Below, in pieces: positions 37,671 to 46,882 of a stretch of DNA of 64,000 bases. The notes under the pieces were generated by a model. That model was not told the DNA's origin. It was given only the letters and a program-made list of their open reading frames with translations, and searched no databases. Location: contig CAUAEH010000002.1 in the NCBI GenBank assembly GCA_958427975.1, positions 16,724-80,723 on the forward strand, given 5' to 3'. The number at the start of each line of letters is the position of its first letter. The stretch's first letter is position 1. The position numbers and the translations under genes were made by a program. Source of the DNA: an uncultured Collinsella sp. GTDB lineage: Bacteria > Actinomycetota > Coriobacteriia > Coriobacteriales > Coriobacteriaceae.

Positions 37671-38630
37671 ATGAGCTACAAGACCGTTTGCGTTGCTGGC
37701 GGCGGCGTGCTGGGAAGCCAGATTGCCTTTCAGGCTGCCTACTGCGGCTTTGATGTAACGATTTGGCTGCGCAGCGAGGGCAGCATCGGCCGCACCCAGC
37801 CCAAGATCGATCATGTGCGCGAGGAGTACATCGCGGCAATCGAGGGTATGGCGGACGGTACGGGCGAGTGGTGTGCCGGCATCGCCGATAGCGACCAGCC
37901 CTTCGACAGGGAGGCGGCGCTCGCCGCCGTTGAGCGTGCCTACTCCACACTCAAGCTGGAGCTCGATCTTGCCAAGGCAGTGGCCGACGCCGACCTGGTC
38001 ATCGAGTCTATGGCCGAGGACACCCAGGCAAAGATCGACTTCTACAAGAAGCTCGCCCCGGTTCTCCCGCAAAAGACCGTCATCGTCACCAACTCTTCCA
38101 CGTTGCTGCCGAGTACCTTTGCCAAGTACACCGGCCGCCCCGAGAAGTACCTATCGCTGCACTTTGCCAACTCCATCTGGAAGAACAACATGACCGAGGT
38201 CATGGCCCAGGACCAGACCGACAAGCGCTATTTCGATGAGCTCGTCGACTTTGCCAACGACATCCGTATGCTTGCCCTGCCCGTCAACAAGGAAAAGAAC
38301 GGCTACCTGCTTAACTCCATGCTGGTACCATGGCTGCTTTCGGGCCTCGACCTGTACGTCTCGGGCGTGAGCGATCCCAAGAGTATCGACCTCGCGTGGA
38401 CGCGTGGTACTGGTGCCCCCAAGGGCCCATTCCGCGTATTCGACACGGTGGGTATCCAGACGGCCTACAACATCGTCATGCAGTATCAAAAGGTGCCGGG
38501 CTTGGTGAGCCCACTGCTCAAAAAGATGATGATGCCCTACAACTTTAAGGCTATGGCGTCCGTCCTCAAGAAAATGCTTGACGAAGGTAAGCTGGGCGAA
38601 AGCTCGGTCGAGGGCTTCTTCAAGTACTAG
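37671..38630 (+). CDS. 3-hydroxyacyl-CoA dehydrogenase
   Basis: GGGVLGSQIA, LVIES, TNSSTL, LHFAN, GYLLN, GPF. Confidence 0.9.
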   Translation: MSYKTVCVAGGGVLGSQIAFQAAYCGFDVTIWLRSEGSIGRTQPKIDHVREEYIAAIEGMADGTGEWCAGIADSDQPFDREAALAAVERAYSTLKLELDLAKAVADADLVIESMAEDTQAKIDFYKKLAPVLPQKTVIVTNSSTLLPSTFAKYTGRPEKYLSLHFANSIWKNNMTEVMAQDQTDKRYFDELVDFANDIRMLALPVNKEKNGYLLNSMLVPWLLSGLDLYVSGVSDPKSIDLAWTRGTGAPKGPFRVFDTVGIQTAYNIVMQYQKVPGLVSPLLKKMMMPYNFKAMASVLKKMLDEGKLGESSVEGFFKY

Positions 38631-38717
38631 AAAATGATCCCTCGGGGACGGAGGAAAACGGATCATTTTCGGCTGTCAATAGTGAGAAGACGAGCTTAGA
38701 AATAGAAAGGGGCGGCA

Positions 38718-39200
38718 ATGGACCGGAAAATCGTGCTGAAGCAGAATATCCTCGACGCGCTTTCTGCCGTCGGTATGCGCGTGGAACAGACTGTTATGGT
38801 CCATTGCTCGCTCAGCGCGCTTGGGTATGTGCGCGGCGGCTCGCAGCCGGTGATTGAGGCCCTGCTTCAGGCGGTGGGCGAGACCGGTACCATTATGATG
38901 CCGACGCAGTCGTGGAAAAACCGACGATACGCCCAAAGTCGCCGCCTTTTCCGCATGCCCCACGGTGGTGATACGCCGGCGACGGATCACGAGTTCAAGG
39001 CCATCGGTCTCATTCCCAACCACAAAAACACGGTAACCCTCACCTGTATCGCGCAAGACGGCGCCAGTCGAACCTCGACGTTCACGGTTGAGACCCCGGC
39101 TCTCAAGGGCGAGGAAGAAGAGCGGCTCGCCGTTACGGCGGGGGAGTCCAATACGCCGTTCGCCGATGCCCCCTCCGCGAGTGGCAGCCATATGGTTTGA
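38718..39200 (+). pseudogene. Chimeric remnant: AAC(3)/YokD acetyltransferase N-terminus joined to an arylsulfotransferase-like fragment
   Basis: VMVHCSLSALGYVRGG...GTIMMPTQS then HEFKAIGLIPNHKNTVTL; both far shorter than the parent families. Confidence 0.65.
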
Positions 39201-39307
39201 TGTCAGAAACATATAGTTGTCGCCAGCCTGCTGGCGACGTTCCCCCCTGATATCGGAGGTTCCAGGTATGTTTCACGCTCCGTTAAGCAACTATCGGCTG
39301 GGCTAAC

Positions 39308-39757
39308 ATGGGTCGCCGTGCTATTTCGATAGCCCTTGCAGTGGTCTGCCTGGCTGTGCTCCTGGGCGCTACAGGGCTGTTTGCTATAAGCCGAGAAACG
39401 TCCTATATGCAGGAATGCGCTTCCGAAGGGTTTGCCATTGACGGTTACTATCGGGACGACAAGACGAGTCTGGAAACCCTGGCCTTTCTTGAAGAGGATA
39501 ACCATCGGTGGCAACTGGTCGACAAAGACGGCAGCTGCGTTGACGGGCAGTTTAAGCGTACGGATGACCCCAACATCCTGATATTAAAGAAGGAAAACGG
39601 CGAAGAATTCGGTACGATTCACGTTGCGTATATATCGCGCCGGCGCGATCAGGGCCAGCTCTATCTATTTAGAGATAGCAAAGTGACCCGATTTTATCTG
39701 GTGAGCACCAAACCTGCGTTTACGGTGGAGTCTGGCGATGTCGATCTGGACAGTTGA
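39308..39757 (+). CDS. Hypothetical exported or membrane-anchored protein
   Basis: Basic plus hydrophobic N-terminus; 149 aa open frame. Confidence 0.65.
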   Translation: MGRRAISIALAVVCLAVLLGATGLFAISRETSYMQECASEGFAIDGYYRDDKTSLETLAFLEEDNHRWQLVDKDGSCVDGQFKRTDDPNILILKKENGEEFGTIHVAYISRRRDQGQLYLFRDSKVTRFYLVSTKPAFTVESGDVDLDS

Positions 39758-39882
39758 TTCACAGCAATAAAACAGCGAGTATGGCGCGGGTGCGAACTGC
39801 GCCCCGCCATTTGCTCGTGTCCGTATCGCGTCTGCGCCTCGTCGTAACTTGCGTCCGTGCGAGCATTCGTCCCGCGCCGGCA

Positions 39883-41022
39883 TCACTTGACATCGAACTC
39901 CACGCGATCGAGTTCGGGCACGTTGAGGTCTATGAGCTTGCGGGCGACGTGGCGGTCGTGCGCCCCGAGCGCCTCGCTTGTCGTCACGTGGGCGACAACC
40001 TCGCGCTCGACGATGCCCTCTTCCTCGCCTTCGGTAGCCGAGGTCTCGACGGCAACGGTGTAATCCTTAAAGCCTGGCAGCACCGCCGCAAGCTCGCGCG
40101 TGGTTTCGGTGACACCGTAGCCGTCCTGCACGCCGGCCTGCGCCGAGCCAATGGAACCCGCCGTCATAACAATGCAGGGGATGGCAAAAATCACCGTGCC
40201 CACAATGATGCGGCGGCGCACCTTGCGCGACAGCTCGTCGACCTCGGCGTCTTCTTCAGCGGTTACAATGCCGTCGCCGTTGAGGTCGCGCTTGAGCGGC
40301 ACACGCAAAAGAAGCAGCACGGCTTCGGCAGCCAGTGCGATAAAGACCACGTTGATGCCAAATTCGTAGAGCGCTGAGAGAAACAGTGACCCGCTTGCGA
40401 TGGCGATGCCGTAGCCCGCCGCGCACAGGGGCGGCATGAGCGCGGTCGCCACGGCTACGCCGGCGATGAGCGTGGCGGGTTCCTGGTCGCGCGAGTTGCC
40501 CAGCCCGCCTGCAAAGCCGCCTGCGAGTGCGACGGTAAGGTCCCAGACGGTGGGTGTCGAGTTGTCGATGATGGCGGCCGTGGTGGTGCCAAGGGGCGAG
40601 AGCTTAAAGTACAGCGTGGACGTGACCAGGCAAAAGGCCATCTGCAGCGCAAGGCTGGCGACGGCTTCGACGGTAATCTCGCGGTCGAGCGTGGCAATAC
40701 CGTATGCCATGGCAAGGACCGAGCCCATGAGCGGGCAGATGAGCATGGCGCCCACGATGGCGATGTCCGAATCGATATCGAGGCCGATGCTCGCGATCAG
40801 CATGGCGATGATGAGGATGCATAGGTGGGAACCAGTCAGACGCGCCCCGTTTACAAAACGCTTGCGGATCACGTGATAGGGCGCGCGACCTTCGCGAATG
40901 TTGAACGCGCGCTTGAGGAAACGGGTGACGTTTTCCATGGCTTCGCTATGGGCAGGGCGGATGCCGTGGCGCCGGTGATGGCGTTCGCGTAGTCGCTTGA
41001 TCTGTTGTTTGTCGAGTTCCAT
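39883..41022 (-). CDS. DUF389-family membrane protein
   Basis: IASIGL, IVGAMLICPLMG, GVAVATALMPPL; RBS GAGGTG. Confidence 0.85.
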   Translation of the reverse strand: MELDKQQIKRLRERHHRRHGIRPAHSEAMENVTRFLKRAFNIREGRAPYHVIRKRFVNGARLTGSHLCILIIAMLIASIGLDIDSDIAIVGAMLICPLMGSVLAMAYGIATLDREITVEAVASLALQMAFCLVTSTLYFKLSPLGTTTAAIIDNSTPTVWDLTVALAGGFAGGLGNSRDQEPATLIAGVAVATALMPPLCAAGYGIAIASGSLFLSALYEFGINVVFIALAAEAVLLLLRVPLKRDLNGDGIVTAEEDAEVDELSRKVRRRIIVGTVIFAIPCIVMTAGSIGSAQAGVQDGYGVTETTRELAAVLPGFKDYTVAVETSATEGEEEGIVEREVVAHVTTSEALGAHDRHVARKLIDLNVPELDRVEFDVK

Positions 41023-41329
41023 GTCCACCTCGTTCCAGCGCGGTCCGGGCAACGCGCCCGTTGTCCTAACTCTACACCGTGGCGGGCGGGGTGTCTGTTG
41101 GACGCGGAATCCGATAGGGCGGATGACGCGGGAGCAAATGCAAATCACAGGCTCAATTCCATCCCGCGACAATATGATGCACCAGCTCCTTCAAATGTGA
41201 CGAAATTGTGAAGCACAGGAGCACGAATTTCAAAAAATACGCTGGTCGCCAATGTTGCGCAACAGAATTCAAAAATCAGCTCCTACATTTTGAAGCGTAT
41301 GGATACATCCGTGTCAAAGGGAGAAAGCC

Positions 41330-44300
41330 ATGGCAAACTACAGTCCACAACACTTTGAGCCTCGGGCCAAGACTGTCAACGTCAAGGGCGTTGCTAACCG
41401 CGCCGTCGCAACCGTTTTGACGGCGGGCCTCATCGCTCAGCCGCTCATGTCGCCGCTGGCGGCAATCGCCGCACCGTCAACCGATAACGGCGATTCTGTT
41501 CAGGGGGGGGGTAGTTCTGTAGAGAATACCGTTGCCGCCGGTAACCAAGCGGTCGTAAAGACGGCTGCCCAGCTGGCCGAGGAGTCGGCAAAGCAGCTCA
41601 AGGACGCTCAGGCCGCCTACGATGCCGCCCAGAAGAAGGCCGACGCGGCGGGCCAGTCTCAAAAGCAGGCACAGCAGCAAAAGAATCAGGCCTCGCAGGC
41701 CGTGACCGATAACGCCGCCGAGCAGAACGAGGCCGAGGTAGCCGCGCTTCAGGAGAAGATCGACGAGCTTAAGGCAGCCGTCGAAAAGACCGAGCAGCAG
41801 CAGAAGAAGCTGGGCGACCTGAACGATCAGCTCGAACAGGCCAACAAGAGTGTCGAGGATAAGACCCAGGCGCTCAAGGACGCCAAGGCAAAGCAGGATG
41901 AGGCCAAGAAGGCCCTCGATGATGCCCAGGCCAAGCTCGAGGCCATGGGTATGGACGAGTACGAGGCCGCCAAGAAGGCCGTCGAGGACGCGCGGGCAAA
42001 GCTCGATGACGCCAATAAGGCCGTTACTACTGCACAGGACAATCTGGACCAGGCCAAGGCTGCCGAGGCCAGCGCCCAGCAGGAAAAGCAGAATACCGAG
42101 GCAGCTTTGACGACTGCCCAGGCCAAGAAGCAGGAGACTGCCGCTGCTCTCGCAGCCGCAACCACCGCGCGCGATAACGCCCAGCAGAAGTTCAACCAGG
42201 CGCAGGCCGCGCTCGATGCTGCCGTCTCGGGTACGGGTGTTGACCTGAGTGCGCTTGAGGCCGCCAAGAAAGCTGCTGCTGGTGAGCTCAAGACCGCGCA
42301 GGCGGAGCTCAATGCCGCGACGGATGCCGACGCCACCGCACAGACAAATCTGCAGGCCGCCCAGGCTGCCGTCGCTGCCGCGCAGGAGAAGGCCAACGCC
42401 GCCAACGCTGCCGTGGCATCTGCCCAGTCTGCATACGATGCGGCAAACAAGGAGTACAAGGACGCGGCCAGTAAGCGTGACGCCGCGAAGTCGGCATACG
42501 AGCAGGCCCAGCAGACCGAAGCCGACAAGAAGGCGGAGTACGACCGACTTGTCGAGGTCCGCCAGCAGAAGAGCAACGAGTTCGATCAGGCTCGTGCTGA
42601 AGTAACCGACGCGCATAATGCATACGACGCCGCAAACGCCGAGGTCGATAAGCTCAACCAGCAGATTGCCGACCTCAAGTCGCACATGACCGTTGACCAG
42701 GAAGTCATCAGTCAGGGTATGTTCGGCTTCATGAACTACATCATCGGCAGCAGCCAATTCACAGCCACGCAGAAAAAGAACGCAAGCACTGCCGCGTCGA
42801 TGCTCATGGGGACGACAGAGAAACAGGACTGGTATGATAATTACGTCGATCAGGACATGTCTCGCGACACCAATCCGCTCTCCTTGGAGCAGATGCGTAA
42901 CGCCCTGACCTACCTCGATACCCAGAACAACCTCCGCAAGGCGAACGGCCAGTCTGAGCTTAGCGTCAGCCTCCGCATGACTGCGGCAGCCGCCCTCAAT
43001 ACATCATATTCATCGAACATCTGGGGACACTCGAACTGCTATTTCGATCAAGGTGAGAATCTTGCAGGCGGCGGCGGGGCATACACCGGAGGCGAGACCG
43101 AGGATACGCTTGGCTGGCCATATACCGGTCTCTACACCCAGGAGAAAAAGGCGTTCGATAAGTACGTCGAGCAGTATGGTGACGCACTTGGAAGCCATCG
43201 ATATGATTCCTACTATATCTACCAGCACTACAACAGCATCTACCATGAGTGCGGGCACTATCTAAACATCATCGATGCCGGCGCGAAGGCTATCGGCATC
43301 GCGACCGGTAGCGGTAAGAATACCGATTCCGAGGTAACCGTTTTCGACTATAGCGGGAGCACGGGGCAGAAGGATTTCACTGTTTCCGAGTTCAAGAAGC
43401 TCGTCAACGACTACATCGATTCTGCCTATAACGCTGGCGGCACGCAGGCGCAGAAGGCGCAGCTCAAGGAGCTTCAGGGCAAGCTCGCCGAGGCGCAGAA
43501 GAACTTTGGAACTACTAGGGAAGCTTACTTCGCAGCTGTAAACGGGCAGGATGCCGCCCAGGACGTTTTCACCGCAGCAGATGTGAACATGAACACCGCC
43601 AAGGGCGAGTACGAGAAGGCTAAGTCCGGTACCGCCGCCGCGAAGACGGCATACGACGCCGCGAAGGACGCGCTCGGCGGAATCGACATCGAGTCCCTCA
43701 AGCAGAACCTCGATGCCGCCAAGAGCAAGGCCGCTACTGCCCAGGCAGCTCTCGATAAGGCAAACGCCACGCTTGCTGACAGCAAGACGAAGGCAGCCGA
43801 CGCCGCTGCTCACAAGGCGAAGGCTCGCAGCGCCCGCGATGCCGCCAAGGCAAAGTCCGAACAGGCCAATGAGGCGTATGGCAACGCTACCGCTTCGGTC
43901 AAGGACCTTGCCGCCAAGCACGATGCCGCCCAGGCGGACCTTGCGAATAAGCAGGGCTCGCTTGGCGATGCCAAGAAGGCCGACGATGCCGCCCAGACTG
44001 GTGTAGACAAGGCCCAGGCCGCAGATGTCCAGGCCGCGACTGCTCTTTCGGACGCCAAGCAGGCAGTTGCCGCCAAGACGCAGGCTGTGTCCGATGCGCA
44101 GGCCAAGGCCAAGGCTGCTGAGGGTGAGCTGGCTACCGCGAACAAGGCCTTCGAGCGCTTTGCCGGCGCCCAGAAGGCGGTCGACGACGCCAAGGCCGCC
44201 TATGACGCTGCCGTCGCCGGTGTCGCCGATGCCCAGAAGCAGCTCGAGGCCGCCAACGAAGCCGTCGTCGATGCGAATTTCGAGATCGTCAAGGCCAAGG

Positions 44301-44785
44301 CCGAGCTTGCCAGCGATGAGGCACTCAAGGCCGATCTTGAGGCTGTCGACCACAAGGCATCCCTTGCCGCGGGCACGACGGGCAACGAGAAGCTGGTCAA
44401 GCTGAACGCTGCCTACGCTCGCTATAAGGCTGCCGTCGATGCCGCCGCTGGTCTCAAGGCTGCTCTGAGCGATGCCGATGCCAAGCTGTCCGATGCCAAC
44501 GACGCCTATGCCGCCGCGCTGGCTGAGCTTGGCGATGCCAAGGATGCCCTGGCTGCCGTGCAGGCCGAGTACGACAAGTATCATCCCAAGGCTGAGCCGC
44601 AGGCCAAGCCTCAGGTTGCACAGGCTGCTGCAAAGGCTCCTGTCGCCAAGAAGAAGGCCACGTCGGCCGCGCTCGCCCAGACTGGCGATGACTCCGCTCT
44701 TGCGGGCGAGGTGTTCGTCATCGGCGGTATCACCCTCGTGGCCGCTGGTGTGACGCTGAGCGATCGTCGTCGCAAGCAGATGTAG
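41330..44785 (+). CDS. Sortase-anchored surface protein: signal peptide, coiled coil, CAP/SCP domain, coiled coil, LAQTG anchor
   Basis: Ala/Lys/Gln heptads; NNLRKANG...GENLA...GHYLNII; LAQTG + TM + RRRK. Confidence 0.88.
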   Translation: MANYSPQHFEPRAKTVNVKGVANRAVATVLTAGLIAQPLMSPLAAIAAPSTDNGDSVQGGGSSVENTVAAGNQAVVKTAAQLAEESAKQLKDAQAAYDAAQKKADAAGQSQKQAQQQKNQASQAVTDNAAEQNEAEVAALQEKIDELKAAVEKTEQQQKKLGDLNDQLEQANKSVEDKTQALKDAKAKQDEAKKALDDAQAKLEAMGMDEYEAAKKAVEDARAKLDDANKAVTTAQDNLDQAKAAEASAQQEKQNTEAALTTAQAKKQETAAALAAATTARDNAQQKFNQAQAALDAAVSGTGVDLSALEAAKKAAAGELKTAQAELNAATDADATAQTNLQAAQAAVAAAQEKANAANAAVASAQSAYDAANKEYKDAASKRDAAKSAYEQAQQTEADKKAEYDRLVEVRQQKSNEFDQARAEVTDAHNAYDAANAEVDKLNQQIADLKSHMTVDQEVISQGMFGFMNYIIGSSQFTATQKKNASTAASMLMGTTEKQDWYDNYVDQDMSRDTNPLSLEQMRNALTYLDTQNNLRKANGQSELSVSLRMTAAAALNTSYSSNIWGHSNCYFDQGENLAGGGGAYTGGETEDTLGWPYTGLYTQEKKAFDKYVEQYGDALGSHRYDSYYIYQHYNSIYHECGHYLNIIDAGAKAIGIATGSGKNTDSEVTVFDYSGSTGQKDFTVSEFKKLVNDYIDSAYNAGGTQAQKAQLKELQGKLAEAQKNFGTTREAYFAAVNGQDAAQDVFTAADVNMNTAKGEYEKAKSGTAAAKTAYDAAKDALGGIDIESLKQNLDAAKSKAATAQAALDKANATLADSKTKAADAAAHKAKARSARDAAKAKSEQANEAYGNATASVKDLAAKHDAAQADLANKQGSLGDAKKADDAAQTGVDKAQAADVQAATALSDAKQAVAAKTQAVSDAQAKAKAAEGELATANKAFERFAGAQKAVDDAKAAYDAAVAGVADAQKQLEAANEAVVDANFEIVKAKAELASDEALKADLEAVDHKASLAAGTTGNEKLVKLNAAYARYKAAVDAAAGLKAALSDADAKLSDANDAYAAALAELGDAKDALAAVQAEYDKYHPKAEPQAKPQVAQAAAKAPVAKKKATSAALAQTGDDSALAGEVFVIGGITLVAAGVTLSDRRRKQM
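41503..41511 (+). repeat. G9 homopolymer within the 5' coding region of the surface protein
   Basis: CAGGGGGGGGGTAG. Confidence 0.9.
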
Positions 44786-44852
44786 CGTTTCGAGCGTAGA
44801 TTCTGCAACGAACTTCGGTTCATAGCAGGAACGCTTCGATAGCTTAACCGAT

Positions 44853-44894
44853 AAGGCCGGCGCGCTGTTAAACGCAGCGCGCCGGCCTTTCTTT
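44853..44894 (+). terminator. Intrinsic terminator
   Basis: AAGGCCGGCGCGCTG...CAGCGCGCCGGCCTTTCTTT. Confidence 0.8.
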
Positions 44895-44986
44895 GTTTCG
44901 ATATCAAAAAGCCCGGTCAGCAGCCGTGAAAGCTACCGGCCGGGCAAGCCGTAGGCAATATGGTTGCTGTCGAGCAGCTGCTCAGC

Positions 44987-46690
44987 TTAGCCCAGCAGGC
45001 TTAAGCCAACAGAGACAAACGCCAGGATAACGCCGACAATAGACTCGCCACCGAGCAGGCCGCTGGCGACAACCAGGCCCTGCTCCTGGAAGGCGGCGTC
45101 CTTGGCGGCCTTTTCCTCGTCCGAAAGACCGGCCTCGGCGTCGCGGTGAGCGGCCCACTTGTCGTAGGCGAGCTTAACGCAGGAACCCAGGAAAGCCGTG
45201 AGCGACATGTAGAACGGCAGGTACACGCCCAGGCCGATCATCATGGCCGGAATGCCGAGCCAGTACATGACGATGCCGGCGATAAAGCCGCCCGCAAACC
45301 ACGGCACGCTCGGGATGCCCGAGACCATGGTGGCGACGACGCTTGCCTGCGCGGCCACAAAGCTCTTGTCGGGTCCAAAGGCGTCCGGACCATAGGCGGT
45401 TACGAGCGCGACCATGACGGCGGCAGCGACCAGGGCGCCCACGATGCCGCCGATGGCCTGGCCGACCCACTGTGCACGCGGGTTGGTGCCCAGCACGGCG
45501 CCGGCCTTAAAGTCGTTCATGACGTCGCCCGCAAGGCCGCACGCTACGGCCACGATGCCGGCGATAAAGAACAGTTTAACCTGCGCGAGCTGCGCGAAGG
45601 CAGCCACGATGAGCATAACGATGAGGCCAAAGATCTCCATGGGGTCGATGCCCGTCTGGCCGCAGCTCTGTGCGCTCATGATGGTGGTGACAAAGGTGAA
45701 CAGCGTCACGATGACGGCCGGGACGGGACCAAGGTCGAGCGCGATGGCGACGATCACGGCGATGGCGGCAGCGCCCAGGCCGATGATGCCGGCGTCGAGT
45801 TTAAGGGAGCCCGAGATGAGCGACTGCTCGTCGGTGTCGGTGGAGCTGTCGGCGGCAAGACCGCGGACGATACCGGCGACCTGCGGCAGGATGTCCTTGA
45901 GGACGACGGCGACGCCAAAGCCCATCATGAGGCCCATGCCCAGGGACTTGACGATGCCTTGCGCAGTCATAACGTCGAACAGACCGGTAGCGGTGCCGCC
46001 CACGATGATGCCAAAGTTGCCCAACAGGGCGCCGGCAAACCAGAAAGCGACCGGGGCGAAGCCCACGAGGAAGCCGATGGACAGCAGCATGGGCGAGTTG
46101 TAGATGGCAAAGGTCACGCCGGGGATGTTGAGCGTGCACAGCATGCTGGGCACCACGCCCAGGGCGTCGCGCAGCACGCTGTAGATGCCTGCGATGGCCA
46201 TGGAGCCAAAGAGCTGCTTACCGGTCTTGCCGCCGGCCTCGGTGGCGCGTAGGGTCTGAGCTGCGGCGTTGCCGGTGGGGAACTCCAGCGCGGCGTCCAC
46301 GATAAAGTGACGGTGGATGAGCGCGGTGGCCAGCAGGCCCAGGATGGTGCCGGCGAGCGCCACGATAAACATGTCGAGCCAGCTGATCTGGTCGGCATAG
46401 CCCAGCATCCAGGCGCCCGGGATGGTAAACGCCAGGCCGCCGGCGACCATGGCGCCCGCGGACATGATGGTGTGGGTGACGTTGGCCTCGTTGAGGCTGG
46501 CGTTGCCCATGAGCTTCAGGAAGAACAGCGAGATGACGGCAGCGAAAATGATTGGCCAGGGGAGGGCGCCCATCTTGAGGGCCGTGTAGGCCGAGCTTGC
46601 CGTGATGATCACGCAGCCAAGGACGCCGATGACGACACCGCGCAGCGTGAGTTGCCCGCGCATCGAAGCGCGGTTCGAGGGATTGCTCAT
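44987..46690 (-). CDS. OPT/YSL-family oligopeptide transporter
   Basis: QLTLRG, LEFPTG, DFKAG...PRAQ, SGLLGGES; many TM helices. Confidence 0.88.
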   Translation of the reverse strand: MSNPSNRASMRGQLTLRGVVIGVLGCVIITASSAYTALKMGALPWPIIFAAVISLFFLKLMGNASLNEANVTHTIMSAGAMVAGGLAFTIPGAWMLGYADQISWLDMFIVALAGTILGLLATALIHRHFIVDAALEFPTGNAAAQTLRATEAGGKTGKQLFGSMAIAGIYSVLRDALGVVPSMLCTLNIPGVTFAIYNSPMLLSIGFLVGFAPVAFWFAGALLGNFGIIVGGTATGLFDVMTAQGIVKSLGMGLMMGFGVAVVLKDILPQVAGIVRGLAADSSTDTDEQSLISGSLKLDAGIIGLGAAAIAVIVAIALDLGPVPAVIVTLFTFVTTIMSAQSCGQTGIDPMEIFGLIVMLIVAAFAQLAQVKLFFIAGIVAVACGLAGDVMNDFKAGAVLGTNPRAQWVGQAIGGIVGALVAAAVMVALVTAYGPDAFGPDKSFVAAQASVVATMVSGIPSVPWFAGGFIAGIVMYWLGIPAMMIGLGVYLPFYMSLTAFLGSCVKLAYDKWAAHRDAEAGLSDEEKAAKDAAFQEQGLVVASGLLGGESIVGVILAFVSVGLSLLG

Positions 46691-46882
46691 ATAGAACTCC
46701 TTTGCGTATATCCGCTTCCCCCGGGAGCGCCGCTACGGATACGGCGCGGGAAGTCGGGTTACCAAGGGCCGCCGCGTGAGCTCGCGCGCGACCGCGCACC
46801 AGTATAACCGCAAGCTAGTCATTTTGGGATGACTGGTTTAGGTAGGCGATATACTGCTGGGCAGACGAAAGGAGCGCCGACG

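Noticed and set aside
38718..39200. Functional aminoglycoside N3-acetyltransferase
   Set aside because: Only the first quarter or so of the fold is present
46691..46800. Assignment to preQ1-II or SAM-III (SMK) riboswitch classes
   Set aside because: Only short look-alike words (GCGGATA..CGCAAAGGAG; CCTTGGTAACC); overall architecture does not match what I recall of either
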